Virus record (IMG/VR): IMGVR_UViG_3300003691_000008
Location: 1 to 51,849 of that record
Length of the DNA: 51,849 nucleotides
DNA from: a virus
Lineage: Duplodnaviria; Caudoviricetes
Strand: one strand, 5' to 3'
A program made the position numbers and the translations under genes. Under the pieces are notes generated by a model. The model did not search any database. It was not told the DNA's origin and saw only the letters and a list, made by a program, of their open reading frames with translations. Below are positions 27,784 to 35,918 of the stretch, in pieces. Every line of letters begins with the position of its first letter. Position 1 is the stretch's first letter.

Positions 27784-28079
27784 CCGAATTTATTATGTTA
27801 GATATAAGTTTTCAAGATTTCGTTTTTTATCTTTTTTTAATTCCTCTTTCTTCTGTTGTTGGTATGTTTTGGACTACACGTATTTTATATGTGTGCATGC
27901 TGATAAGAGATATTTACGCTTGTTGTTTTTATCAATGTTTAGGCTTTGGAACTAAAAAAGGTAAAAATGGCGAAAAAGATAAAGAAGTTCCCATATTCAA
28001 AGTAAAAACTAATGTTGTGTATTTAGGGTTAACGTTTATCAGCCATCGTAAAGCGAGGAAAGCTAACAATGACAGCTAG
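27780..28079 (+). CDS. Hypothetical membrane protein
   Basis: 99 aa, hydrophobic N-terminal half, AT-rich, overlaps both neighbours. Confidence 0.55.
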   Translation: MTEFIMLDISFQDFVFYLFLIPLSSVVGMFWTTRILYVCMLIRDIYACCFYQCLGFGTKKGKNGEKDKEVPIFKVKTNVVYLGLTFISHRKARKANNDS

Positions 28080-29469
28080 ATATGGCTCAGTACCTTTTAC
28101 TGAAGCAATAGACTTCTTTCAAACAAAGTTAAACATACCAACAGAGCGTTGGAATGATTTGTGGCAAGGTGCCCATAATACGGGTTTTATGGTTGCCGGA
28201 GCCATGAAAGATGATTTACTCAATGACTTTAGAAAAGCCGTTGATAGTGCCATAGCGGAAGGTAAATCACTTTCATGGTTTAAAAAAGAGTTTCAAATAA
28301 TAAAAGAACGCCATGGTTGGGATCATAACGGTAGTGCTGATTGGCGCAGTAAAGTTATTTACGATACCAACATGCGTCAAGCATATAACGCGGGGCGTTA
28401 TGAACAACTGCAGCACTTTGACTTTTGGGAGTATCAACACGGTGACAGCATGTCACCGCGTCCTATGCATTTATCCTGGCATGGTTTGGTATTACCCAAA
28501 GCAGATTCATTTTGGGGAACTCACTTTCCGCAAAACGGCTGGGGCTGTAAATGCAAAGTACGTGGCCGTACCCAAGATTACATAGACCGTAAAGGCATTA
28601 AGGTAGGTAAATCGCCTAAAAAGGAACTTATTGATTGGACTGATAAAGTGACTGGCGAAGTACATCAAATACCAAAAGGCATAGACCCTGGTTTTGATTA
28701 TGCCCCGCAAAAAAGTGCAGTTAAACAAAAGCAAAAGAAAGTAGCTACCCAAAAAGCTAAGCCCTATGAGCCACCACCACGCATTGCGCCAACCGCTTTT
28801 AGTACAGTGCCCGGTGCAGACATTCATGCCTTAAATAAAAAGCTTAGCGAGTTTGCACCGGCTAAAGCCCGTTTAGATCTTCTTGGTCAATTTTTAAATA
28901 AACACGACATTAAAACCTTGTTTCTCAAACAAGCTGAAATGGGCGCTAAAACCAAAGCATCACGTAACTTAGCACCACAAGTTCAGCCGTACTTAAATTT
29001 GGGTAGTGCAACGCATAGCTATTTCACCACCCGTAATGCATCAAGAACAAATGGCTTTACCTGGCGCAATAAAAATCATGTGGTTGTTAAAGTGAAAGCA
29101 TCAACCCGATTTAATAAAGTGGTGTTTGAAGAACTCAGCGAAGCAGTAGAAAATGCTATATTATTAATGCGTGAAGGTGATAAGCAATGGTCACTTTCTC
29201 ATATTGTAAGAGTAGCCAGTGAAAGCCGTGAACATGGTGGCGCTTTGGTGACTTGGCTACATGAAATTGGCCACCAAGTACATTACAAAGCGGGTAAGCC
29301 GAAAATGCCAGTGCCCTATGGTTATGGTGTTACCCAGTATAGTTTAATTAATGATTTTGAATGGCACGCAGAGCACTTTGCCATGTGGTTACTCAATCGC
29401 GAAGCTTTAGCCAAGTGGGATGAAGGTATCGCAGTATATTTTGATAAATTAATGAAGGCAGCACTTTAA
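28069..29469 (+). CDS. muF: MuF (Mu gp30) head protein with C-terminal HExxH metallopeptidase-like toxin domain
   Basis: N-terminal TNMRQAYNAGR, HFPQNGWGCKCKV, GIDPGFDYAP; ~250-aa extension with HEIGH and YSLINDFEWHAEHF. Confidence 0.88.
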   Translation: MTARYGSVPFTEAIDFFQTKLNIPTERWNDLWQGAHNTGFMVAGAMKDDLLNDFRKAVDSAIAEGKSLSWFKKEFQIIKERHGWDHNGSADWRSKVIYDTNMRQAYNAGRYEQLQHFDFWEYQHGDSMSPRPMHLSWHGLVLPKADSFWGTHFPQNGWGCKCKVRGRTQDYIDRKGIKVGKSPKKELIDWTDKVTGEVHQIPKGIDPGFDYAPQKSAVKQKQKKVATQKAKPYEPPPRIAPTAFSTVPGADIHALNKKLSEFAPAKARLDLLGQFLNKHDIKTLFLKQAEMGAKTKASRNLAPQVQPYLNLGSATHSYFTTRNASRTNGFTWRNKNHVVVKVKASTRFNKVVFEELSEAVENAILLMREGDKQWSLSHIVRVASESREHGGALVTWLHEIGHQVHYKAGKPKMPVPYGYGVTQYSLINDFEWHAEHFAMWLLNREALAKWDEGIAVYFDKLMKAAL

Positions 29470-29699
29470 TGAATATGCTTGAGAAGTTAAGACAACAAAA
29501 AGTTAGTCGTGAAAATGCGAATGAAGCGGTAAGCGTAATTAACGATAAGTCGCTTAGCTTTAGTGAAAAGGTTAAGCGTGTGCAAGCACTTGAAGCCGAA
29601 TCTTCTGCAGCTGAGCAAGTGCTTTTTGCTGAGGTTTATTCTAGTTTACATGGCATGGCCATCACACCAGAAGACATTAATTTAATGGCGGGTGTTTAA
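29469..29699 (+). CDS. Small protein, candidate immunity for the MuF toxin
   Basis: 76 aa, TAATG-coupled directly after muF. Confidence 0.5.
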   Translation: MNMLEKLRQQKVSRENANEAVSVINDKSLSFSEKVKRVQALEAESSAAEQVLFAEVYSSLHGMAITPEDINLMAGV

Positions 29700-30133
29700 T
29701 GGCTGGTGGTTTTGTTTCAGTTGATGTCATTGGCACCAAGTCGATAGCCAATGCATTAAACCGACTGTTAAGACAAGGCAGTGATTTAAGTCCAGCTCTT
29801 CGAGAAATAGGCGAACAGGTACTTGAGTCAACCCAACAACGTTTTACTGAAATGGTATCACCTGATGGTGAAGCATGGGATCCATTATCACCCCGCACCT
29901 TAGCCAAGAAGAACCGTCCAGACCGAATACTGACCGAAACAAGCATCTTAGCTGATACCTTAAACTTCCAACTGGGTAACGACCAAGTAATGATCGGCTC
30001 TAATCTAGACTATGCCGCTACCCATCAATTTGGCCGTGAAGCCGATGGTATTCCCGCCCGACCTTTTTTAGGACTTGCGCCATTCGAGCGTGTTGAAATT
30101 TTAGAGATATTACAAGCACACTTAATCGATTAG
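29699..30133 (+). CDS. Virion morphogenesis protein (Mu G/gp31 family)
   Basis: SPDGEAWDPLS, GSNLDYAATHQFG, IPARPFLGL. Confidence 0.92.
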   Translation: MAGGFVSVDVIGTKSIANALNRLLRQGSDLSPALREIGEQVLESTQQRFTEMVSPDGEAWDPLSPRTLAKKNRPDRILTETSILADTLNFQLGNDQVMIGSNLDYAATHQFGREADGIPARPFLGLAPFERVEILEILQAHLID

Positions 30134-30309
30134 TTAACAGCGCCTAAAACGCCTTTTTAGCGATTAAACGCTATAAGTCGCCTAATGATATTCAAATTGA
30201 ACTTTAAGCGCTGTATGCGTTTTATAAAAACTTTATAAAATAGCTCTATGGCTGATTTTAGTCTGTCAAAACCACTACTAGCATTTACCCCTCTCAAAGC
30301 AGTTGAAAA

Positions 30310-30364
30310 TTACTAACTCAGGTTAATATTTAAAACCGCTCGATGTTGTCATTCTGGCAGCATG
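30310..30364 (+). promoter_or_regulatory. Late promoter 2 (same motif as 21183)
   Basis: TTACTAACTCAGGTTAATATT...GTCATTCTGGCAGC-ATG. Confidence 0.8.
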
Positions 30365-31531
30365 AAAAAAATACTTAACACAAAAATCAAACTACACCCC
30401 ATTGCCGTTTTATCTGCGTCTAATGTTGGCGCTCAAAATATCGCTATTTTGGGTGCTGAACTTATTACGCAAGAAAGCGGTTTGGTTCAATTACTTCCTT
30501 CAGGAAAATTTAATGCTGTTGATGGTCGTCCTGCAGACGTAGCCGATAATCATTGGTTAATGGATGAAATTGCTTTTCAAGCATTAAAAGCCAATACACC
30601 ACACCAAGAAGGTGATTTGGTTATTGACTATGAACACCAAACTCTTAAAGCCCCGGTAAACGGACAACCTGCAATCGCGTCGGGCTTTTTTAATATTGAC
30701 GATGTGCGTTTTATTGAGGGTAAAGGTTTATTCATAAAGCCTAAATGGACTGAAAAAGCACAAGCGCATTTGAGCGCCGGTGAATACAAATATATTTCTG
30801 CCGTGTTTGGTTATGACGCAACCACTGGCCGACCTACCTATTTACATTCTGCTGCATTGGTTAATCGCCCAGGCGTTGATGGCATGAAGCCATTAACACT
30901 GCTTGCTGCAGATTTGTACTTAAAAAAAACCAATACCAACAACCAAAAGGACACTGCCGTGAATCCAATATTACTGGCGATATTACAAGCCTTGGGAATT
31001 AAAGTGGACGGTGATTTACCCACCGAGCCTGCTGCCCTAAGTGCACTAAACACACAAGTAACAACTGCCTTGGCAGCGTTACAAGCAGATGCAGGCAAAG
31101 TTGCTTCACTTAATGACCAAGTTGCTGTGTTAAGCGCAGGTCAAGCGAACCCTGCCACACATGTTCCAATTGCGGCGATTACTGAATTGCAAAACACAGT
31201 TGCTGCGCTACAAGCACAAGTAAGTGGTGGCGAAGTTGAAAAACTGGTTCAGCAAGGCTTAGCCGATGGTCGCATCATTGCTTCAATGGAAGGTTGGGCT
31301 ACAGAGTTAGGCAAGCAGTCTGTTGCACAGCTTCAAGCTTATTTAGATAAATCAGCACCTATTGCCGCGTTAAGCGGTAAGCAGACAAAAGACTTAAACC
31401 TTGATGCTGAAGGCAACAAGTTAACGGGCGTTGCAGCACTGAGCGCCGAAGACAAAGATGCAGCAACTGCGCTTGGTATTTCTCATGAAGATTTTGCCAA
31501 GCAAAAAGATGCTGAATTAGGAGCTAAATAA
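30362..31531 (+). CDS. Prohead protease (Mu I/gp32)
   Basis: LVIDYEHQT, EYKYISAVF, AALVNRPGVDGM. Confidence 0.92.
   Translation: MKKILNTKIKLHPIAVLSASNVGAQNIAILGAELITQESGLVQLLPSGKFNAVDGRPADVADNHWLMDEIAFQALKANTPHQEGDLVIDYEHQTLKAPVNGQPAIASGFFNIDDVRFIEGKGLFIKPKWTEKAQAHLSAGEYKYISAVFGYDATTGRPTYLHSAALVNRPGVDGMKPLTLLAADLYLKKTNTNNQKDTAVNPILLAILQALGIKVDGDLPTEPAALSALNTQVTTALAALQADAGKVASLNDQVAVLSAGQANPATHVPIAAITELQNTVAALQAQVSGGEVEKLVQQGLADGRIIASMEGWATELGKQSVAQLQAYLDKSAPIAALSGKQTKDLNLDAEGNKLTGVAALSAEDKDAATALGISHEDFAKQKDAELGAK
30959..31531 (+). CDS. Nested in-frame scaffold protein (Mu Z-like)
   Basis: AAAGGA RBS upstream of an in-frame GTG at 30959; Ala/Gln-rich helical C-terminal half. Confidence 0.65.
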   Translation: MNPILLAILQALGIKVDGDLPTEPAALSALNTQVTTALAALQADAGKVASLNDQVAVLSAGQANPATHVPIAAITELQNTVAALQAQVSGGEVEKLVQQGLADGRIIASMEGWATELGKQSVAQLQAYLDKSAPIAALSGKQTKDLNLDAEGNKLTGVAALSAEDKDAATALGISHEDFAKQKDAELGAK

Positions 31532-31533
31532 TC

Positions 31534-32451
31534 ATGATTGTTACTTCAACAACACTTAACGCTTTGCGTACTGGTTTTAGTAAACATTTTCAAGACGGTA
31601 AAAATGGTGTTAAACCACAATTTACTAAAATTGCCACAATTATACCTTCAACAACAGCCACTAATACTTATGGCTGGTTAGGTGAATGGCCAGGCTTTAG
31701 AGAATGGATTGGTGATCGTGTTCACAAGTCAATGAAAGAGCGAGATTACACCATTGCTAACAAAGACTGGGAAAGCTCAGTAGATGTACAACGTAATCAT
31801 ATTGAAGATGACCAGCTGGGCATTTACGACCCTATGTTTAAAGAAGCTGGCCGTGCAACTGAATTGTTTCCTGACGAATTGGTATTTCCACAATTGGCAT
31901 TAGGTGAAACAACCACTTGTTACGACGGTCAGTTCTTCTTTGATTCAGACCATCCAATCAATGCAGAAGTTGATGGTAGTGGCGCTGATGTTAGCGTGAC
32001 AAACATGATAGTTGATGTCGTTTATACAGGCGACACCTGGTACATGATGTGTACTAGTCGTGCTTTAAAACCAATTATTTATCAAGAACGCAAAAAGCCA
32101 CAATTTACAGCGATGACAGCCTTAACTGATGAAGCCGTTTATACAGCGAAAAAGTTCCGTTATGGCATTGATTTACGCAGTAATGCTGGTTTTGGTTTTT
32201 GGCAAATGGCTATCGCAATCAAAGCCGCACCTACGCCTGATGTTATTTGGCAAGCGATGGAGTTGATGAAGTCTTTCACTGCTGATGGTGGTCGTAAGCT
32301 TGGTCTAGTGCCTGATTTAATTGTTGCTCCATCATCTATTGAAAAAACACTAACACGCATTTTAGAGCGAGAGCTTTATGAAGAAAATGGCGCAGCAGTA
32401 ACTAATGAGCTTAAAGGTAAGTTTGAATTGCTTGTAGCACATCAACTTTAA
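31534..32451 (+). CDS. Major capsid protein (Mu T/gp34)
   Basis: YGWLGEWPGFREWIG, CYDGQFFFDSDHP, GFGFWQMA. Confidence 0.95.
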   Translation: MIVTSTTLNALRTGFSKHFQDGKNGVKPQFTKIATIIPSTTATNTYGWLGEWPGFREWIGDRVHKSMKERDYTIANKDWESSVDVQRNHIEDDQLGIYDPMFKEAGRATELFPDELVFPQLALGETTTCYDGQFFFDSDHPINAEVDGSGADVSVTNMIVDVVYTGDTWYMMCTSRALKPIIYQERKKPQFTAMTALTDEAVYTAKKFRYGIDLRSNAGFGFWQMAIAIKAAPTPDVIWQAMELMKSFTADGGRKLGLVPDLIVAPSSIEKTLTRILERELYEENGAAVTNELKGKFELLVAHQL

Positions 32452-32497
32452 ATACGGTTGAGTTAACTGGGTTAGATATACCTTTCCCTGGGTGTTT

Positions 32498-32528
32498 GGC
32501 CACCAACGAGTGTGGTGGCCTTTTTTTT
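32498..32528 (+). terminator. Intrinsic terminator after the capsid gene
   Basis: GGCCACCA-N7-TGGTGGCC-T8. Confidence 0.85.
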
Positions 32529-32549
32529 AATATTAATTGAGTACACAAA

Positions 32550-33158
32550 ATGACTAAATTAACACTGGTTGCTATAGCTGTTATTTGTTCAAGACCTTCA
32601 GGTTATCGTCGAGCAGGTTTTTCCTTAAATCAAGGTGAGAACTTAATAGATGCTAACAAAACACAATATGACGCATTAGATGCTGATAAACACTTAACAG
32701 TTTCAATGGTATCGGACAACGTAGAGTTTGATGATGCCCCTCTTAATAATGGTGATTTAGAAGACCAAATTACAATCTTGAAAAATAAAGTGACCGAGTA
32801 CTCATCGATGTTGTCAACCGCATATGACGACATTAAAGAACTTGAAGAGCAGCTTGCCACTGCTTTAGCGGCTAACAGTGATCATAAAGTGAATGTTGGT
32901 GAAATCGGTAAGGTTGTCGAAATGGATTTTTCTTGGGCACCTGAGCCATTAGCGCCTTGGATTGCAGCTCTCCATGAAATGCACACACAAACGCCTTTAA
33001 CTAAACGCCCTACGGTTGCAGAGCTAGAAGTTGAAGTACCTGGTGATGGTGAGCGTGAAGCTTTTATGCATAAACCAACTGCAGCTCAAGCTGATGAAGC
33101 TTGGGCTTACTACTCAGATAACGTTATTAATCACGTTCCTGATAGCGCTAAAGGTTAA
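32550..33158 (+). CDS. Mu gp35-like (HI1506-related) protein
   Basis: GYRRAGF...LDADKHLTV N-terminus; position after the capsid gene. Confidence 0.65.
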   Translation: MTKLTLVAIAVICSRPSGYRRAGFSLNQGENLIDANKTQYDALDADKHLTVSMVSDNVEFDDAPLNNGDLEDQITILKNKVTEYSSMLSTAYDDIKELEEQLATALAANSDHKVNVGEIGKVVEMDFSWAPEPLAPWIAALHEMHTQTPLTKRPTVAELEVEVPGDGEREAFMHKPTAAQADEAWAYYSDNVINHVPDSAKG

Positions 33159-33163
33159 TCACT

Positions 33164-33583
33164 ATGTTGTATTGCAGCAAGCAAGGTTTAATTGACCGCT
33201 TTAGTGAAGATGAATTAGTTCAACTTACTGACCGTGACAGTTTAGGCGTTATCAATGATGAAGTACTAAACAGAGCGATTGAAGATGCCAGCACTGAAAT
33301 GGACGCGTATTTATCGCGCTTCAATTACAGTGCTGACAACTTGCCCAAGTCACTTAAACCGCTTGCTTGCGATATTGCTCGTTATCGTTTGTACGATGAA
33401 GAGCCAATTGAGCATATAACTACTCGCTACAACAACGCCATTAAGTTTTTAAAAGCCGTTAATAAAGGTGAAATCACTATTGGTACCACCGATGCTGATA
33501 CTGAAGTAACCAGTACTGATTTAGCTGAAATGCAAAGTGCTGGCACTGTGTTCTCTCGTGACAAATCCAGCGGTTTTATTTAG
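33164..33583 (+). CDS. Head-tail connector (Mu gp36, DUF1320)
   Basis: ELVQLTDR...AIEDAS...ACDIARYRL...RYNNAIKFL. Confidence 0.9.
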   Translation: MLYCSKQGLIDRFSEDELVQLTDRDSLGVINDEVLNRAIEDASTEMDAYLSRFNYSADNLPKSLKPLACDIARYRLYDEEPIEHITTRYNNAIKFLKAVNKGEITIGTTDADTEVTSTDLAEMQSAGTVFSRDKSSGFI

Positions 33584-33593
33584 GGGCTAAGCA

Positions 33594-34028
33594 ATGATTG
33601 ATGAAATTATTACTCAGTTAACAGCCGCCACCTTAAATGATAAGCCTTTATATAAAAACGTTGAAGAAGCCATCGATTTAGCGACAGCAATGAAAGGCAG
33701 CATAAAAAATTCACCGGTTGCTTATGTTATTGAGATAAACCGTCGCCCTGGTAAAAATGCTCGGGACATGGGGCCAGCTTTACAAAAAATAAGCACCACC
33801 ATTGGCGTAGTTGTCGGCATTAGCAAACGAAATGATGTTAGCGGACTGAAAGCGAAAACGATGGCTGAGCCAATACTCAAAGAAACCCGTAACGCCTTAT
33901 TTGGTTTTACCCCCAATGGCGCTGAGCCACTGTTACTTGGTGCTGCAGATATCATCGGTACAACTGACCATGCACTGTGGACGTTAGAGCGATTTACCAC
34001 TGAACATTTTGAGGAAGCAAGCCAATGA
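33594..34028 (+). CDS. Tail terminator / gp37-like protein
   Basis: Position after gp36; ALFGFTP. Confidence 0.65.
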   Translation: MIDEIITQLTAATLNDKPLYKNVEEAIDLATAMKGSIKNSPVAYVIEINRRPGKNARDMGPALQKISTTIGVVVGISKRNDVSGLKAKTMAEPILKETRNALFGFTPNGAEPLLLGAADIIGTTDHALWTLERFTTEHFEEASQ

Positions 34029-34207
34029 GCAAACCAACACTATTAAACAAACGCCAAGGCGGCAGCTATACCAAAAACCCCGAAACGGGTGAAATCAACT
34101 TGATAGAGCAAACCACGCATCAAGAAATCACCGGTTTTGAAAATGTAGGTTCGACTTCAGTCGTACAAGCCGTCAAATCACCAGCTAAAAAAGCCCAGGC
34201 TAAATAA
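34025..34207 (+). CDS. Small hypothetical tail-region protein
   Basis: 60 aa with GGSYTKNPETG; GAGG RBS and ATGA overlap. Confidence 0.6.
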   Translation: MSKPTLLNKRQGGSYTKNPETGEINLIEQTTHQEITGFENVGSTSVVQAVKSPAKKAQAK

Positions 34208-34218
34208 GGACGCTAACC

Positions 34219-35139
34219 ATGAAATTTAGTGAAAAATTATTACTCGCAAAAATTGAAGCCACTTATGGCGTAGATTCGTCACCCGGTGCAACCAATGCCA
34301 TTTTAGCGAAAGACGTTGAGCTAACACCGCTTGAAGCGGAAGCCTTAGAACGTGGTTTAGTTAAACCGTATTTGGGCGCTGATGAATCTATTATCAGCGG
34401 TGAGCATGTGCTTATTAGCTTTAAAATCGAATTTCAAGGCAGTGGCACAGCGGGAACAGCTCCCGCATGGGGGCCTTTAATCCGCGCCTGTGGTTTTGCC
34501 GAAACGATTGCGGCAGTAACGTCTGTTGAATATGATTTAGCGGCAAGTAATTACGAAAGTGCCACGCTGTATTTCAATATGGGCAAGAACCTACACGCCA
34601 TGAAAGGTGCACGCGGTAATGTCAAAGTTAGTTTAGAAAAAGGCATTCCGTACCTAGAATTTAATTTTATTGGCCTTTGGGTAGATCCAACCCAAGTTGC
34701 TGCAGTAACGCCAAATTGGTCACTTTGGCAAAAACCGACACCAACGGGTGTTGGCCGCACTTCAGGTTTTAGCATCAATGGCTTTGCCGCTAAACCTTAC
34801 AAACTATCGGTTGATGTGGGTCAAGACGTTAAATTTATTGAAACATTAACGACGCAAAGCGTTGATATTAATGAGCGTAAAGCCAGCGGTTCAGTCAGCA
34901 TTGAAGCGCCTGACTTGTCAGTTAAAGATTTCTTTAGTGATGCTAAAAACTCCACTACGGGTGCCTTGGCTATTCAACACGGCCAAGTGTCTGGTCTTAT
35001 CTGCAAAATTGATTGCCCTAAAGTACAAGTTAAAGCCCCGAAATATGGCGATAACGAAGGCACGGCCAGTTTAGATATGGATTTGATCTTAATTCCGACC
35101 AGTGCCGGCAACGACGAAATAAAATTGACCTTAACTTAA
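34219..35139 (+). CDS. Major tail tube protein
   Basis: LLAKIEATYGVD, GSGTAGTAPAWGPLIRACG, GNDEIKL; no sheath gene nearby. Confidence 0.8.
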   Translation: MKFSEKLLLAKIEATYGVDSSPGATNAILAKDVELTPLEAEALERGLVKPYLGADESIISGEHVLISFKIEFQGSGTAGTAPAWGPLIRACGFAETIAAVTSVEYDLAASNYESATLYFNMGKNLHAMKGARGNVKVSLEKGIPYLEFNFIGLWVDPTQVAAVTPNWSLWQKPTPTGVGRTSGFSINGFAAKPYKLSVDVGQDVKFIETLTTQSVDINERKASGSVSIEAPDLSVKDFFSDAKNSTTGALAIQHGQVSGLICKIDCPKVQVKAPKYGDNEGTASLDMDLILIPTSAGNDEIKLTLT

Positions 35140-35256
35140 AGTAATCAAGGACGTTGAAGGCGTAGCTTCGCTGGAGTCAGGTTTCTTTGGCAAGGATGCC
35201 ACCTTAATCCCTTTTAATGGCTGTTTAAACAGCCTTTAATTTTATAGAGAGTTCCC

Positions 35257-35580
35257 ATGTTTACAATAATGAATAATCCCATTGTGTGGTGGCCTGTTGT
35301 TATTAACATGCCAATTGATGGTGGTGAAACATCAAAGCACGAAGTCAGTTTGCAGTTCGAAATTTTAACCGAAGATGAATATGACGAGATAGTAGTAAAG
35401 GGTGAGAAAGCTATTTTAAAACGTGTCATTAAAGCGTGGAAACATATTGATGATATTGACAAAAAGCCCCTTGAATTCACCGTTGATAATCTGGATATGT
35501 TATTGAAAAAAAGCTTTGTACATCGTTCATTTATGGTTGGTTATCTCAACGCCGCTATTGGTGAAGTAGTAAAAAACTAA
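35257..35580 (+). CDS. Tail assembly chaperone (G-like)
   Basis: Between tube and tape measure; ends on the slippery site A AAA AAC. Confidence 0.8.
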   Translation: MFTIMNNPIVWWPVVINMPIDGGETSKHEVSLQFEILTEDEYDEIVVKGEKAILKRVIKAWKHIDDIDKKPLEFTVDNLDMLLKKSFVHRSFMVGYLNAAIGEVVKN

Positions 35581-35918
35581 CAGCCGCTGCTAAAGACTGG
35601 GCAGCGGCACCTCTTGTAGAGAGCAGCACAATTAAAGAGATGAAAGCCCACGGTGCACCCAAGGAAATTATCGACGAGTTAACCAAAGTGAAAAACTTTG
35701 GCGTGTTCCCACAAAATTGGCCCGTTGTTGTGTGGTTTGTTCAAGTTTGCGATTTGATGCGCTATCGCAGTGACGGTGCATGTTTAGGGCTTGATTTACC
35801 ACAAATTGAGTCAGACGCAAAGCTAAGTGAACGATGCTTTACCAAAGCACATTACAACGGTTTGCGCATCATGAGTAGGGCAGCCGCTAGAGCATTAAAT
35901 AAGGTAAATGATGACTGA
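35571..35918 (+). CDS. -1 frameshift extension of the tail chaperone (GT-like, DUF1799-like)
   Basis: -1 frame is open from the slippery site (LTAAAKDWAAA...) into the 35640 ORF (VFPQNW...GLDL). Confidence 0.75.
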   Translation, partial: KKLTAAAKDWAAAPLVESSTIKEMKAHGAPKEIIDELTKVKNFGVFPQNWPVVVWFVQVCDLMRYRSDGACLGLDLPQIESDAKLSERCFTKAHYNGLRIMSRAAARALNKVNDD

